Of a stretch of 64,000 nucleotides of DNA, positions 43,839-54,704 are shown in pieces. A model generated the notes under the pieces. The model saw nothing but the letters and a program-made list of their open reading frames with translations, made no database searches and was not told where the DNA came from. The position numbers and the translations under genes were made by a program. The stretch is from a bacterium. GTDB lineage: Bacteria > DRYD01. The stretch is from positions 32,001 through 96,000 of the forward strand of contig JBCNVB010000018.1 of the NCBI GenBank assembly GCA_039630415.1. The letters are read 5' to 3'. The first letter of the stretch is position 1. Each line of letters begins with the position of its first letter.

Positions 43839-45580
43839 TTTAACTCTTCTTTTATTTGTTGTAAAGTTTTAGTATTAAGTACATTATGTTTTTTACACAT
43901 TGCTTTTCTTGCCCACTTAACACCAAACTCCATGTATTCCATCTGTAAAGTAGAATGAGCATCAGTATTTATTACAATATTAAGCTCTTTGTTAGTACAT
44001 AGTCTATAGTTTATAATATGCTCATAGTCAACATCTAATCTATCTAAATGGCTGTTTATTTCGATATACTTCTGATGTTGATTAGCATAGTTAAAAATAT
44101 TGAATATATCCTCTTGAGATAGTTTAATAGCTTCCCTTTGTCCCAATATTCTGGAAGTTAGGTGACAAAGAATATTACCCTTCGTAAGAGCGTTAATTAT
44201 TCTTTGATAGTTTTGATCATTTCTAAGTTTAAAGTCTGAATGAATAGAAAGATTAATATAATCAAGTTTTGGTAAAATCTTTTCTAGTGACTTATTTTTC
44301 TCATAATCAAGATTTCCAAAGGTATCTATGTTTTCCTCAACTGCCCATAGTATATCAAGGTTTTGAACTTTTGAAAAGCTAGCATATGAATCGACTTTAT
44401 CCTGCAGATAGTCTATATGGTCAGATATTCCTATGTAAGAATATCCCATTTGCAGAGCTTTCATAGCCATTTCATGAACAGTATTTTTACCATCCGAAAA
44501 AACAGTATGCAAATGTAAATCTCCTTTAATATCTTTAATACTTACCAAATCTGAAAAAGTATTAGTTTTTGCAATTTCAAAGATTAATGGATAATCCAAC
44601 AATTCATCCGGTATAGGATTAACCCCTAAGTATTCATAAAAATCATTCATAGTTTTCAGTTTAGTGAATATTGGATCAATAATAAAATCTTCTAAACTTT
44701 TCGATGTGTCTATTTTGTCTATATCCGTATAGCGAAGTAGAAAGTAGATTTCTAAAGGTAGATAGTATTCGCAGAAAATAAACAGAATAGGTACTTTCAA
44801 AACAGAAGTTTTTAATATCAGAATATTGGTATTTCCAATTTTCTTAACTTCATGTGATAAGGCAAATTTTTCAAATTCCTTGAAATTATCTTTGAACCAT
44901 TCAGCAGGGTTCTCCTGATTTGAAGGGATGATTATACATATTTCCTCAATAATTTTATCAAATCTCCTAATAGGTCCCGTTTCAACATACTCTATACCCT
45001 TTTCATACAGATTTTTTTTTATAAGCTTGTATACTCCATAAATTTCATAAAAAAAAGAATAGCCATGATAATTGCAAAGCAAATCCTCTATTTTTTTTAT
45101 CACTCTACTTTTAAAACCTTCATAGGAAAATTTCAAGCCAGTTTTTTTTAGTAACTTGAAGAGAGCTTTATAGAAATCCTCGTCATTTTGTATATACAAT
45201 ATATCTCTTAAAGTTAGTATTTGCTGAAATTGTTGATTTAGTTGATAACTAATTTGTTCTATAAAAACATCAAAGTTTTCTACGTAGTTAGATAGGTCAT
45301 TTAGGATGTACCTTAGAAAAAGTAGTTTAAACTTCTGTATACCCCCGAATTTTATTACTTCGCTTACCTTATTAGCTATATTTGCATCAAAGAATTTGTG
45401 ATTTAAATCTAGTTTTTGTTTACCTTGAGTAATATACTCGTATATATGATCCCTTAGGAAAGACAATCTTCTTTTGTAATATTTTATTTTAGATACGTTG
45501 CAGGGATCAGATAAGTAAGCTAAATATACGTAATTTTCGAAAGCTTCTAGAATTTTGAGTGAGTCATATTCAATAAGCAT
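43814..45580 (-). CDS. PolX-PHP protein with degenerate polymerase domain
   Basis: PHP motifs DLHLHTVFSDG, ISDH, EINS..RLD, NTDAH; PolX remnant GPIRR. Confidence 0.8.
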   Translation of the reverse strand: MLIEYDSLKILEAFENYVYLAYLSDPCNVSKIKYYKRRLSFLRDHIYEYITQGKQKLDLNHKFFDANIANKVSEVIKFGGIQKFKLLFLRYILNDLSNYVENFDVFIEQISYQLNQQFQQILTLRDILYIQNDEDFYKALFKLLKKTGLKFSYEGFKSRVIKKIEDLLCNYHGYSFFYEIYGVYKLIKKNLYEKGIEYVETGPIRRFDKIIEEICIIIPSNQENPAEWFKDNFKEFEKFALSHEVKKIGNTNILILKTSVLKVPILFIFCEYYLPLEIYFLLRYTDIDKIDTSKSLEDFIIDPIFTKLKTMNDFYEYLGVNPIPDELLDYPLIFEIAKTNTFSDLVSIKDIKGDLHLHTVFSDGKNTVHEMAMKALQMGYSYIGISDHIDYLQDKVDSYASFSKVQNLDILWAVEENIDTFGNLDYEKNKSLEKILPKLDYINLSIHSDFKLRNDQNYQRIINALTKGNILCHLTSRILGQREAIKLSQEDIFNIFNYANQHQKYIEINSHLDRLDVDYEHIINYRLCTNKELNIVINTDAHSTLQMEYMEFGVKWARKAMCKKHNVLNTKTLQQIKEELKCNRINQK

Positions 45581-46679
45581 TGTTTTCTATAACTATTTTA
45601 TCCCTAAAATTAATCTTTTTGTTGTTAATTGGCTTATTTATGATGTTAACTATCAATCCGATAGCTATCCAATTGACAATTAGCGATGTTCCTCCATAGC
45701 TTATAAAGGGAAGAGTTACACCAGTAGCAGGTAACAAAGATAAGGTTACAGACATATTAATTACAGCGTTTATAAAAATCATGAAAGTTAACCCAAAAGC
45801 AAGTAATTTATAGAAAACATCATTTATTTTAGATATTCTAAAAATCATCAGGGTAAAGAAGGTAAGGAAAATTAGTACTATGATTAAATTAGCTACCAAA
45901 CCTAATTCCTCACCTATAACTGAGTATATAAAGTCGGTGTGTTTTTCAGGTAAGTAGTAATGTTTTTGTGTACTATTACCTAATCCTACTCCCCATATGT
46001 GTCCTCTACCATGAGCTATTAAACTTTGGATGATATTATAACCATAGCCTAAGGGGTCAGCCCAGGGGTTCATAAAAGCTAGTATTCTTTTGACTCTATA
46101 GCTTTCAGAAAATAGGAGAAATAGAAAACCAATTATAGAGAACACGACCAAGGGAAGAAAATGCCACAAAGGAGTACCCCCAATGAACATTATTGATAAA
46201 AATATTAGTCCAATAATTGCAGCATTCCCTAAATCTGGTTCTAAGTTAATTAAAAAAACGAATACCAGCATTAAAATAAATGGTGGGACAAATCCCTTTT
46301 TAAAATTCTCTATTATGTTCATACGAGCTGAAATAAAGTAAGAAGTATACAAAACTATAGCTATTTTAGCTAGTTCAGAAGGTTGAAAATTTACTATCCC
46401 CAAATTTATCCATGCTTTAGAACCGTTAACCTCTATTCCTAAAGGAGTCAAAACCAATACTAACAGGATAATATTTCCTATCACAATCGGAATTAAATAT
46501 TGTTTTAGTTTTTCTAAATCAATTCTAGAAGCTACAAAAAAACAAATTAAACCAATAACCAGAGCTACAATTTGTTTAGTTACCAAATGTATACTAAAAG
46601 ATGCAGAGTATATACATATAATCCCAAACAATGACAATGCTAAAAATATAGAAAATATTAACTTACTTAGGTTATTCAA
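45570..46679 (-). CDS. ftsW: SEDS protein FtsW
   Basis: FQPSELAK, EPDLG, LPEKHTDFI, TLPFISYGG. Confidence 0.9.
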   Translation of the reverse strand: MNNLSKLIFSIFLALSLFGIICIYSASFSIHLVTKQIVALVIGLICFFVASRIDLEKLKQYLIPIVIGNIILLVLVLTPLGIEVNGSKAWINLGIVNFQPSELAKIAIVLYTSYFISARMNIIENFKKGFVPPFILMLVFVFLINLEPDLGNAAIIGLIFLSIMFIGGTPLWHFLPLVVFSIIGFLFLLFSESYRVKRILAFMNPWADPLGYGYNIIQSLIAHGRGHIWGVGLGNSTQKHYYLPEKHTDFIYSVIGEELGLVANLIIVLIFLTFFTLMIFRISKINDVFYKLLAFGLTFMIFINAVINMSVTLSLLPATGVTLPFISYGGTSLIVNWIAIGLIVNIINKPINNKKINFRDKIVIENNAY

Positions 46680-46681
46680 GT

Positions 46682-47668
46682 TTAATCAAAAAGCTCACTT
46701 ATTGATTTTTTGAAGTAAATTCTTTTAATTACTTCGGATATTAGATCTGCAATTGAACAGACTATTATTTTGCTATTAGTATGTTTTAGGGGTATAGTAT
46801 CTGTTACGAATATTTTTTCGATACATGATTTTTCTATTAACTGTATAGCATTTGAGCAGAAAACGGGGTGTACCGCTAGGACGTATATTTTTTTAGCTCC
46901 CATATTTGCAAGCTTTTCAGCTGCATTAACTATAGTTTTACCTGTTGATATCATATCGTCAACAATGATTACCTCTTTTCCTTGTATATCACCTACTACC
47001 TCTAAACATTCTACTTCTTCTACATCAGGTCTTCTTTTGAACATAACAGCTATAGGTAATCCCATTTTTTCAGAGTACATTCTTGCTCTTACCACACTTC
47101 CAGCATCTGGTGCTACTATAATGTGATTATTCTTGTCTAACTTACCTACATAATTTACAAATTGAGAAGCTAAGGAACTGTAAGCAAATAGATTATCGAG
47201 AGGAATATCAAAAAATCCTTGAATAGCTGGAGAATGAAGATCAACAGTAACAACTCTATTAGCTCCAGCAACAGTTATTAAGTTAGCAACCAACTTTGCA
47301 GTTATTGGTTCTCTTCCTGAAACCTTTTTCTCTTGCTTTGCATACCCAAAGTATGGTATAATAGCAGTTATACTATTTGCAGATGCTCTTCTTACAGCAT
47401 CTATTATTATCAATAATTCCATTAGATTATCATTAACAGGAGGACAAGTTGACTGAATAATAAAAACATCTTTTCCTCTAACGTTCTCTAAAATCTTAAC
47501 TCTTATCTCACCATCAGAAAACCTGGAAATAATACTATTCGCTAATGGTATACCTATCTTTTCCGATACCTTTACTGATAGTTCTGTATTTGAATTACCT
47601 CCTATGAGTATTAGTTTATCATAGAGTTCTTTTTGTGCTTTTTCTTCTTGAGTTCTTGGACTTATCAT
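46682..47668 (-). CDS. prs: Ribose-phosphate pyrophosphokinase
   Basis: FSDGE, DLHS, PDAG, VDDMISTG. Confidence 0.96.
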   Translation of the reverse strand: MISPRTQEEKAQKELYDKLILIGGNSNTELSVKVSEKIGIPLANSIISRFSDGEIRVKILENVRGKDVFIIQSTCPPVNDNLMELLIIIDAVRRASANSITAIIPYFGYAKQEKKVSGREPITAKLVANLITVAGANRVVTVDLHSPAIQGFFDIPLDNLFAYSSLASQFVNYVGKLDKNNHIIVAPDAGSVVRARMYSEKMGLPIAVMFKRRPDVEEVECLEVVGDIQGKEVIIVDDMISTGKTIVNAAEKLANMGAKKIYVLAVHPVFCSNAIQLIEKSCIEKIFVTDTIPLKHTNSKIIVCSIADLISEVIKRIYFKKSISELFD

Positions 47669-47691
47669 ACAATTCCCCCCAATAATTTTCT

Positions 47692-49263
47692 TTAAAAATC
47701 TAGCTTTTCTGATATTGTTTTTGGTTGTAGGAAATATAGTAGATAATCTGGTCCACCAGCTTTTGCATCAGTACCGGACATATTAAACCCTCCAAATGGA
47801 TGAACACCTACTATTGCCCCAGTACATTTTCTGTTTATGTAAAGGTTTCCACAGAAAAATTCCTCTACAGCTCTTTGGATATTATATCTGTTTTCACTAA
47901 ATACTGCTCCTGTTAGTCCATACTCTGTTGAGTTAGCTATTTCTATAGCTTGATCAAAGTTATCGTATTTTATTACAGCTAACACAGGTCCAAAAATTTC
48001 CTCTTGAGCTATTACATCATTTGGATTAACATCTTCGAAGATAGTAGGTTGTACATAGTAACCTCTATCTTCAAATAGTTTATTTCCTCCATAGACTAGT
48101 TTATTTTGGTTTTTACCTATTTCGATGTATTCGATTATTTTGTTAAGAGAAGACTGATTTATTACGGGTCCCATAAACTTGTTTTCTCTTGGAAGTCCTA
48201 TTTCGATTTTCTTTGTTTTGCTTATGAGCTGTTCCATAAAGGTTTGGTATATTTCTTTGTGGAGGAGAAGTCTTGAGCAAGCAGAACATTTTTGTCCCTG
48301 GTAGCCAAAAGCAGAAACTATTACACTATTAACTGCGTGTTCTAATAGTTGTGGATTGGTTATTTTATCCACTATTATAGCGTTTTTTCCTCCCATTTCC
48401 GCTATTACTCTTTTGAGATGTTTTTGGCCTTTATTTACTATTGATGCTTCTTTATAAATATGAATTCCCACTTCTTTTGAACCAGTAAATGCAATCATTC
48501 TTACTTGTGGGTGTTTTACTAGATAATCACCCACTACACTACCTCTTCCTGATAAGTAGTTAAGTACTCCATCTGGTAAGCCTGCTTCCTTCATTATTTG
48601 GTAGAAGAATAGAGACATGAAGCAAGAGTCGTTAGAAGGTTTAAGTATAACTGTATTTCCAGTAACCATTGCAGCTATAGACATTCCAGCGGGTATAGCC
48701 AATGGGAAATTCCATGGTGGTATAACTACTACCACACCCAAAGGTAAGTAGCAGTAATAATTTTTTTCACCGGGGAAATTAGCGAGTTTGGGTGGATTTT
48801 CGTGAAGATTTATCATTTGTTGGGCATAGTATTCAAGGTAGTCGATAGTTTCTGCTACATCGGCATCAGCTTCTGCATAATTTTTTCCAACTTCGAGAAT
48901 CATCCATGCTATTGCTTCATATTTTCTTTTTCTTAGGATATTTGCTGCTCTGAAAAATATGTTGGCTCTTTGGTATACATCTAATTTTGACCATGTTTTG
49001 AAAGCTTCTTGCGCAGCTTTTATAGCCATCTCAGCGTGTTCTATAGTTGCATCCTGAAAAACACCTATTACCTGTGAATACTCTGCAGGATTTATTGACC
49101 TTATCTTATTACTAGAATAAAACTCTTTACCACCGATATACAAAGGATATTCTTTAGATAGATTAGATTCAACGTAAGTTATTGCCTGCTTTATGTTTTC
49201 TAACACTTGCGTATCAGTAAAGTTAAGAAATGGTTCTGTTTTAAAATCAATTGTTGTTCTCAT
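47692..49263 (-). CDS. pruA: 1-pyrroline-5-carboxylate dehydrogenase (PruA/RocA)
   Basis: PWNFP, FTGS, EMGGKN, GQKCSACSR, PFGGFNMSGT..KAGGPDYL. Confidence 0.93.
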   Translation of the reverse strand: MRTTIDFKTEPFLNFTDTQVLENIKQAITYVESNLSKEYPLYIGGKEFYSSNKIRSINPAEYSQVIGVFQDATIEHAEMAIKAAQEAFKTWSKLDVYQRANIFFRAANILRKRKYEAIAWMILEVGKNYAEADADVAETIDYLEYYAQQMINLHENPPKLANFPGEKNYYCYLPLGVVVVIPPWNFPLAIPAGMSIAAMVTGNTVILKPSNDSCFMSLFFYQIMKEAGLPDGVLNYLSGRGSVVGDYLVKHPQVRMIAFTGSKEVGIHIYKEASIVNKGQKHLKRVIAEMGGKNAIIVDKITNPQLLEHAVNSVIVSAFGYQGQKCSACSRLLLHKEIYQTFMEQLISKTKKIEIGLPRENKFMGPVINQSSLNKIIEYIEIGKNQNKLVYGGNKLFEDRGYYVQPTIFEDVNPNDVIAQEEIFGPVLAVIKYDNFDQAIEIANSTEYGLTGAVFSENRYNIQRAVEEFFCGNLYINRKCTGAIVGVHPFGGFNMSGTDAKAGGPDYLLYFLQPKTISEKLDF

Positions 49264-50459
49264 TTTCCTACCTCCTTATATGCTTCTGTATATTTCTGAG
49301 CTACTTTTAGATAATCGTAATCTTTTACTGATTCGAATGAATTCTTTTTGAGTTTATTTAGTAATTCCGGATTCTTATATAGTTGAATTATTTTTGTAAT
49401 GAATTCTGATTGGTAGTTATTGTTGTTTTCTATCAAATATCCGTTATATTCGTTTATAATTAGGTCATCAGCTCCATATGTTTTGAAGCTAATTATGGGA
49501 ACCATCGAAGATAGACTTTCCAGATAGGCTAATGGTTTGACTTCTGTAACTGATAGAGTTATAAAAACGTCCAGTAGTCTGTAGTAGTTTGGTATATCTT
49601 CGTAGGGTACTTTATTTGTGAATACCACATAATCTTGCAAATCTAGTTTTCTTGCGTAGTTTAGTAGATTATCGTACTCTGTTCCACCCCCCACTATTAG
49701 TAAACTTATTTTTTTATCATTCAGGTTTTGTTCGAAATAACTTACGATTTGCCTATATAACTCTAACAGCTTGTACAAGTTTTTCTCTTTCTCTAGTCTT
49801 CCTACAAATCCAAGGACAAACTTATCTTGTAAACCGAATTTTGCTTTTAAGTTTTGAATTTTTTGATCATCATAGTACTGCATATGATGCATATCTACAG
49901 GGTTGCAAATAAACAAAAACTTATCCTTATACTGTTGGAATTTATTTTCCACATCTTTTTTTATGGTTTTTGAGGGAAAAATTACTGCATCCACGAATTG
50001 AAATATTTCTTTTAGATGACCATATAGAAACTTTTGGTAGATAAATTTGGGAATGAATTTAACATAGTGATAGTAGTTTTCATACTGTGTATGATACGTA
50101 AATACCACCTTTGAAGACGGATTATAACTTCTTAATATTTTGGCTATTTTATAGATTATGAATGGATGGTTTATTTGAATTATATCAGGTTTTATTTGTA
50201 TTTTTTTGATTTCTTTTATGAGATTGATGGGATTAGGGATACAGTAGTCGAATTTTGGGAAATATATAGATGGTAATTTGAATATATTGTATTTAATGTT
50301 GTATTTTTGTATGATTTGGTGGTTAAAACAGGGATGTTTTGAGGATATTACACTTACTTCTTTGTTAAGTTCTTTTAGTCCTTTGGATAGGAGATGTATG
50401 CTATGAACTACACCATTGGTTACAGGGAAAAAGACATTTGTTAGTACAGCTATGTTCAT
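49260..50459 (-). CDS. GT4 glycosyltransferase (diacylglycerol glucosyltransferase-like)
   Basis: FPVTNGV, YHTQY, VGRLEKEKN, E-x7-E. Confidence 0.88.
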   Translation of the reverse strand: MNIAVLTNVFFPVTNGVVHSIHLLSKGLKELNKEVSVISSKHPCFNHQIIQKYNIKYNIFKLPSIYFPKFDYCIPNPINLIKEIKKIQIKPDIIQINHPFIIYKIAKILRSYNPSSKVVFTYHTQYENYYHYVKFIPKFIYQKFLYGHLKEIFQFVDAVIFPSKTIKKDVENKFQQYKDKFLFICNPVDMHHMQYYDDQKIQNLKAKFGLQDKFVLGFVGRLEKEKNLYKLLELYRQIVSYFEQNLNDKKISLLIVGGGTEYDNLLNYARKLDLQDYVVFTNKVPYEDIPNYYRLLDVFITLSVTEVKPLAYLESLSSMVPIISFKTYGADDLIINEYNGYLIENNNNYQSEFITKIIQLYKNPELLNKLKKNSFESVKDYDYLKVAQKYTEAYKEVGK

Positions 50460-51406
50460 GCGAATATTCCTATCTTTCTGAATTTTTGGTATCTATGTTG
50501 TTTAGGATTTTCAAGTTTTCGTGATAGAGTAATATATTCTAGAAGTTTATTTTTTATGGTGGTATAGGAAAATTGTAGATCTCTATGCATTCCTAGGAAT
50601 GGTTCTGGAATTATTTCATCTATTACTCCTAGTTCTAGTAGATCGTAGGATGTTAGTTTTAGATTTTTTGCTGCTAGTGGAGCTTTTGATGAGTCTCTAT
50701 AGAGAATTGAAGCTGCTCCTTCAGGGGATATGACAGAATAGTAAGCATTTTCCATCATAAGGATATAGTTAGCTACAGCGATAGCTAGAGCTCCTCCAGA
50801 TCCACCTTCGGATAGGATTAAGCAAACAACTGGGATATCTAGTTCAAACATTTTAGAGATTGATTTAGCGATGGATATGTATTGTCCATTTTGCTCGGCA
50901 GTATCGCCAGGGTATGCACCTGGTGTATCTACTATGGTTATTAGCGGTGTTCTAAATGTATTAGCTATATCCATAATTCTTATGGCTTTGTAGAAGCCTT
51001 CTGGGTTTGTCATTCCATAGTTTCTTGCTATTTTTTCATTTGTGTTTCTTCCTTTGTTATGTCCCAGTATGAATACTGGATAGTTTTCTATTTTTGCAAG
51101 TCCACCGGTAATTGATTTATCATCACCGACGTATCTATCTCCTTTTAGTTCTTGGAAATCTGTGAATATATTTTCGATTAAGTCTTGGAGGGTAGGTCTT
51201 TTAGGATGTCTTGCTATTTGGACTCTATTGAAGGGATGTATCTTGGATTTGATTTCTTGGATTATATTTTGAGTTTTTAGTTTTAGGACTTGTAGTTCTT
51301 GGTAAGATACTTTTTGATTTTGATGTAGTTCTTGTAGGATTTTTATTCTTTGTTCGAGTTGGTCTATGAGTTTTTCTATTTCGAGTGTGTTAAGTATGTC
51401 TTGCAT
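50456..51406 (-). CDS. accA: Acetyl-CoA carboxylase carboxyltransferase alpha
   Basis: ARHPKRP, DTPGAYPG, EGGSGGALA, YSVISPEG. Confidence 0.96.
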   Translation of the reverse strand: MQDILNTLEIEKLIDQLEQRIKILQELHQNQKVSYQELQVLKLKTQNIIQEIKSKIHPFNRVQIARHPKRPTLQDLIENIFTDFQELKGDRYVGDDKSITGGLAKIENYPVFILGHNKGRNTNEKIARNYGMTNPEGFYKAIRIMDIANTFRTPLITIVDTPGAYPGDTAEQNGQYISIAKSISKMFELDIPVVCLILSEGGSGGALAIAVANYILMMENAYYSVISPEGAASILYRDSSKAPLAAKNLKLTSYDLLELGVIDEIIPEPFLGMHRDLQFSYTTIKNKLLEYITLSRKLENPKQHRYQKFRKIGIFA

Positions 51407-51428
51407 GTAGGGTTTGGAGGTGTGGTTT

Positions 51429-51505
51429 TGGTGGGCGAGACAGGAGTTGAACCTGTGACCTCTTGCATGTCACGCAAGCGCTCTAACCACCTGAGCTACC
51501 CGCCC
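51429..51505 (-). tRNA. tRNA-Val(GAC) with encoded CCA
   Basis: GGGCGGG/CTCGCCC acceptor stem, CTTGC-GTGACAT-GCAAG anticodon arm, GGTTCAACTCC. Confidence 0.95.
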
Positions 51506-51578
51506 ACCGAAAATATAATTCTATTTTTCAACTTATTAACCTTCATACAAAAAGATAAATCCTTCTACATGTTACTTA

Positions 51579-51899
51579 TTATTTTCCTTGTTGGGATTTA
51601 TCATTAGGTATAAAGAATGCTCCTACTATTCCTCCTAGAATCATTCCTATTAAAGCCCCTGGTATACCTAAAAGAGGTATAGTTGCAGCTGCACCGAATA
51701 AACTCCCCACAGTAATAGGAGCAATATAATCTACAGCTGATTTATCTTTTATAGATTGATACTGATTTTTCAAGTATATATCTTCAGTTGAGTATAAATT
51801 TATGTCATTCTGAATTAAATATTGCTTGCTTATTTTACCTATAGTTTCGTAATTTGTTTCTATAAATTTGTTAGGGTTTATTTTCATTTTATAGATCAC
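51579..51899 (-). CDS. Small hypothetical protein with Gly-rich hydrophobic C-terminus
   Basis: GALIGMILGGIVGA glycine-zipper-like segment. Confidence 0.6.
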   Translation of the reverse strand: MIYKMKINPNKFIETNYETIGKISKQYLIQNDINLYSTEDIYLKNQYQSIKDKSAVDYIAPITVGSLFGAAATIPLLGIPGALIGMILGGIVGAFFIPNDKSQQGK

Positions 51900-51957
51900 C
51901 CCTTTCCCATTGCTTTAACTTTATGAATCATTTGTCTCCTTATACAGAATTGTACTA

Positions 51958-53118
51958 TCATACTTTAAAAACCTCCCTCATTAGTAAAATACCTATTAAC
52001 TTTGATACGATCGAGAATAGGATAGTGTAGATTGTAGAAAATGAAATAAGATACCCCATAATTGAGTTACCTATAAGGAAAGAGATTCCCATAAATGTGT
52101 ACAACATTCCCCAGTCTTTAGCCATTGGGTTAAGTAGCTTAGAAAAAGTAGCTTTAATAATGCATCCTTGAAAAGCTATTGATATTCCCCACATTAATAC
52201 TCCTATAAATACTATCCAAATAGAATCAGCTAGGATGAAAAGTGAAGTAAATAGAAAGAAAATCATAGCTGATACACTGCTAATTATCATATTTTTATCA
52301 AACCAAAGTCCAAGTAAAAATGCTCCTATAGCACTTACAAACATAGCCAAGGAATATAGAAGAGGTATGAAAGACAAACTAATTACTTTTTTTTGTTCCC
52401 AATAAAATGAAATTATAGAAAAATCCAAAAACCCTAAACAAATCATACAGCAAGAAAGGATATATATCATCTTTATCTTTTCTAGATTTATTTTTTTTAG
52501 ATTGTCCGATTGTTGACTTTTGGTATTATAAGACCAATTATAATGTAAAAGCTTTCTTTGTGTGATGTAGTATGATAGAATTAAAAGAAGAAACATGCTT
52601 AGAATTGAAGGTATAAAGAGAAACGTAAGGATAGAGGTATAGTTAATCTTGTTGGAAAGTAGAAGAGATACAAAGAGTGGTCCGGTTATAGCTCCAATTT
52701 GGTCTAAAAATTGATGAATTCCAAACATCTTACCAGCCTGTTGAGAAATACCAGACTGTTGAGAAATGATTGATATTATAAAATCTCTAGAGGGTGTTCT
52801 TATAGATTTTCCTAATCTTTCGAGTAAAAATAATGTACTAGCTGTATAGATACTATTAAAGAAAGCTATTAAAGGTATACAAAGTAAAAGATAATATCCT
52901 ATATTCATTGTAGCAAGATATGATTTGAATTTGTCAGCTATGTATCCAGCGGGCAATCTGAAAGAGTAAGATATAAAATAAGCTAATCCTCCTATAAGTC
53001 CAATATAAAAGCTATTAGCTCCCAAGGATGCAAAAAAAGGTCCAGCAAATGATCTAAACGATTCGTACGTAAAATCCGATAGTAAACTTACAAAACCTAA
53101 TATAACTATAACCCACAT
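51958..53118 (-). CDS. MFS transporter
   Basis: GYIADK, ERLGKSIRTPSRD, DQIGAITGP; about 12 TM. Confidence 0.88.
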   Translation of the reverse strand: MWVIVILGFVSLLSDFTYESFRSFAGPFFASLGANSFYIGLIGGLAYFISYSFRLPAGYIADKFKSYLATMNIGYYLLLCIPLIAFFNSIYTASTLFLLERLGKSIRTPSRDFIISIISQQSGISQQAGKMFGIHQFLDQIGAITGPLFVSLLLSNKINYTSILTFLFIPSILSMFLLLILSYYITQRKLLHYNWSYNTKSQQSDNLKKINLEKIKMIYILSCCMICLGFLDFSIISFYWEQKKVISLSFIPLLYSLAMFVSAIGAFLLGLWFDKNMIISSVSAMIFFLFTSLFILADSIWIVFIGVLMWGISIAFQGCIIKATFSKLLNPMAKDWGMLYTFMGISFLIGNSIMGYLISFSTIYTILFSIVSKLIGILLMREVFKV

Positions 53119-53232
53119 TTTGATATACTCTCCTCTAGTCGAATTTAACCTATAAAAATCATATCCTTGTTTATGATATGAGAGGATAAATCAATTAAAA
53201 AAATTAAAATCAATATATAGGAGCGATTTGTA

Positions 53233-53967
53233 ATGGATAATATTATAGTTTATGAACTAAAGCCCTTAAAAACAAAACTCAAACTGCTTTATGGGATCAT
53301 AATATCCTTGTTTAGTTTTATTTCTTTTGTCTTTATTCTGTATTACTGGGATATTACGTTATATTTCGGTATAGATGAAGAAATATTGGTAACAATACTC
53401 CTGATAATACTATCTTTGTATGTTGGTGGAGTTATAAAAGATGATTTAGATTATATTTTTGGTAAGGTAATAAAATCACACTTATTAAGAATAATTACTG
53501 GTTCTAAAAACATAAAGGTTTACAGATGGTATGATTTGAGTATAAAGCAGCGTGATTCAATACATACTGAATTTCTTTTATACTTGAAAGAATTGTATGA
53601 TACTTGTTTGGAAAAGAATTCTAAAGAATTTATAAAAAAAGTTATTAACTATTTAGAAGACATAGATATTATTGAAACAAAATCCTTACGAGGTTCGAAT
53701 TATAGGCCCAATTTACCTAAATATGTTGAAGTGATAGCACTTTTTAAGGATTCTTCTAAAGCTTCAATAACTACACTTAAAATAGGTAAAAACGAAAACA
53801 TAGTATTTTTAGTATTAATTCCTCAAGAAAATAAGGATAAGTTAATACAACCCATATATATACGACAAAATTTGGATATTTCTATATTTTCAAATGATGA
53901 ACAAATAAGTAATGCACTGCAAGGTTATAGGGAGATTATATGGAATCTGAGCAAACTAGGTTTCTAA
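53233..53967 (+). CDS. Array family A, copy 1 (2 TM + soluble domain)
   Basis: YYWD between TMs; ends YREIIWNLSKLGF. Confidence 0.85.
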   Translation: MDNIIVYELKPLKTKLKLLYGIIISLFSFISFVFILYYWDITLYFGIDEEILVTILLIILSLYVGGVIKDDLDYIFGKVIKSHLLRIITGSKNIKVYRWYDLSIKQRDSIHTEFLLYLKELYDTCLEKNSKEFIKKVINYLEDIDIIETKSLRGSNYRPNLPKYVEVIALFKDSSKASITTLKIGKNENIVFLVLIPQENKDKLIQPIYIRQNLDISIFSNDEQISNALQGYREIIWNLSKLGF

Positions 53968-54689
53968 TAGAATACTACTGTGTATATGCAATAACCCTTA
54001 CTTATGTGATAGTAGTTATATACTATTTGATAAACAAAATCGTGAGAGGAAAGAATATTTTTATAAGTGTAAATTTAAGTGTTTCTCAGTATCAAATGGT
54101 TTTAAACTTTATTGCTCTGATACTTATGCTTCTTACAATATTTATCATAATACCCACCTTTTCGAAACATTTACAAAATAAAATAGAAAAAAAGTACTCG
54201 TATAGTATAAATCAAAAAATATTTAAAAATGGTCTAAAAGCAGAAAACTTGGAAATTGAGAAGTACATACCTTCCAATTCTGATTTTTTCAAATCTTTTC
54301 TACAAAATCAAAATCTATCAATTAATAAAGTAAGAATAGTTGAAGAAAATTCACTTATTATTAACTATCATAAGTCAAAAAGAAAATACAAGATATATTT
54401 GTCAGAGATACGAATTTTAGAGAGAACAGGAAGTTTTTATAGCAAAACTAGATATTATAGACAAATGTTTAGTGGCTTATGCATAGGAGTTCCAAATGAA
54501 GTTTTTAACACCACAAAAATATATAAATTTCCACTTTATAAGTACTACACAACTTCTGATTACTCTATAGTGCTGGTATATTTATCTGAAAGTCCTTTCA
54601 TATTTCCTTTGTTTGAAAAGATTACTGATGAATTAATACAAAATAAATTACAGGAAATACTGAGATTCGTGAACAATTACTTGATGTGA
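53940..54689 (+). CDS. Array family B, copy 1 (2 TM + soluble, DUF3137-like pattern)
   Basis: KYIP, LSEI, FSGLCIG.PN, ESPF.F.LFEK. Confidence 0.85.
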   Translation: MESEQTRFLIEYYCVYAITLTYVIVVIYYLINKIVRGKNIFISVNLSVSQYQMVLNFIALILMLLTIFIIIPTFSKHLQNKIEKKYSYSINQKIFKNGLKAENLEIEKYIPSNSDFFKSFLQNQNLSINKVRIVEENSLIINYHKSKRKYKIYLSEIRILERTGSFYSKTRYYRQMFSGLCIGVPNEVFNTTKIYKFPLYKYYTTSDYSIVLVYLSESPFIFPLFEKITDELIQNKLQEILRFVNNYLM

Positions 54690-54704
54690 TTTTTGGAATA
54701 ACAA

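Noticed and set aside
51350-51607. 85-aa + strand ORF with nearby GGAGGTG
   Set aside because: Antisense to tRNA-Val and the accA start; typical tRNA shadow
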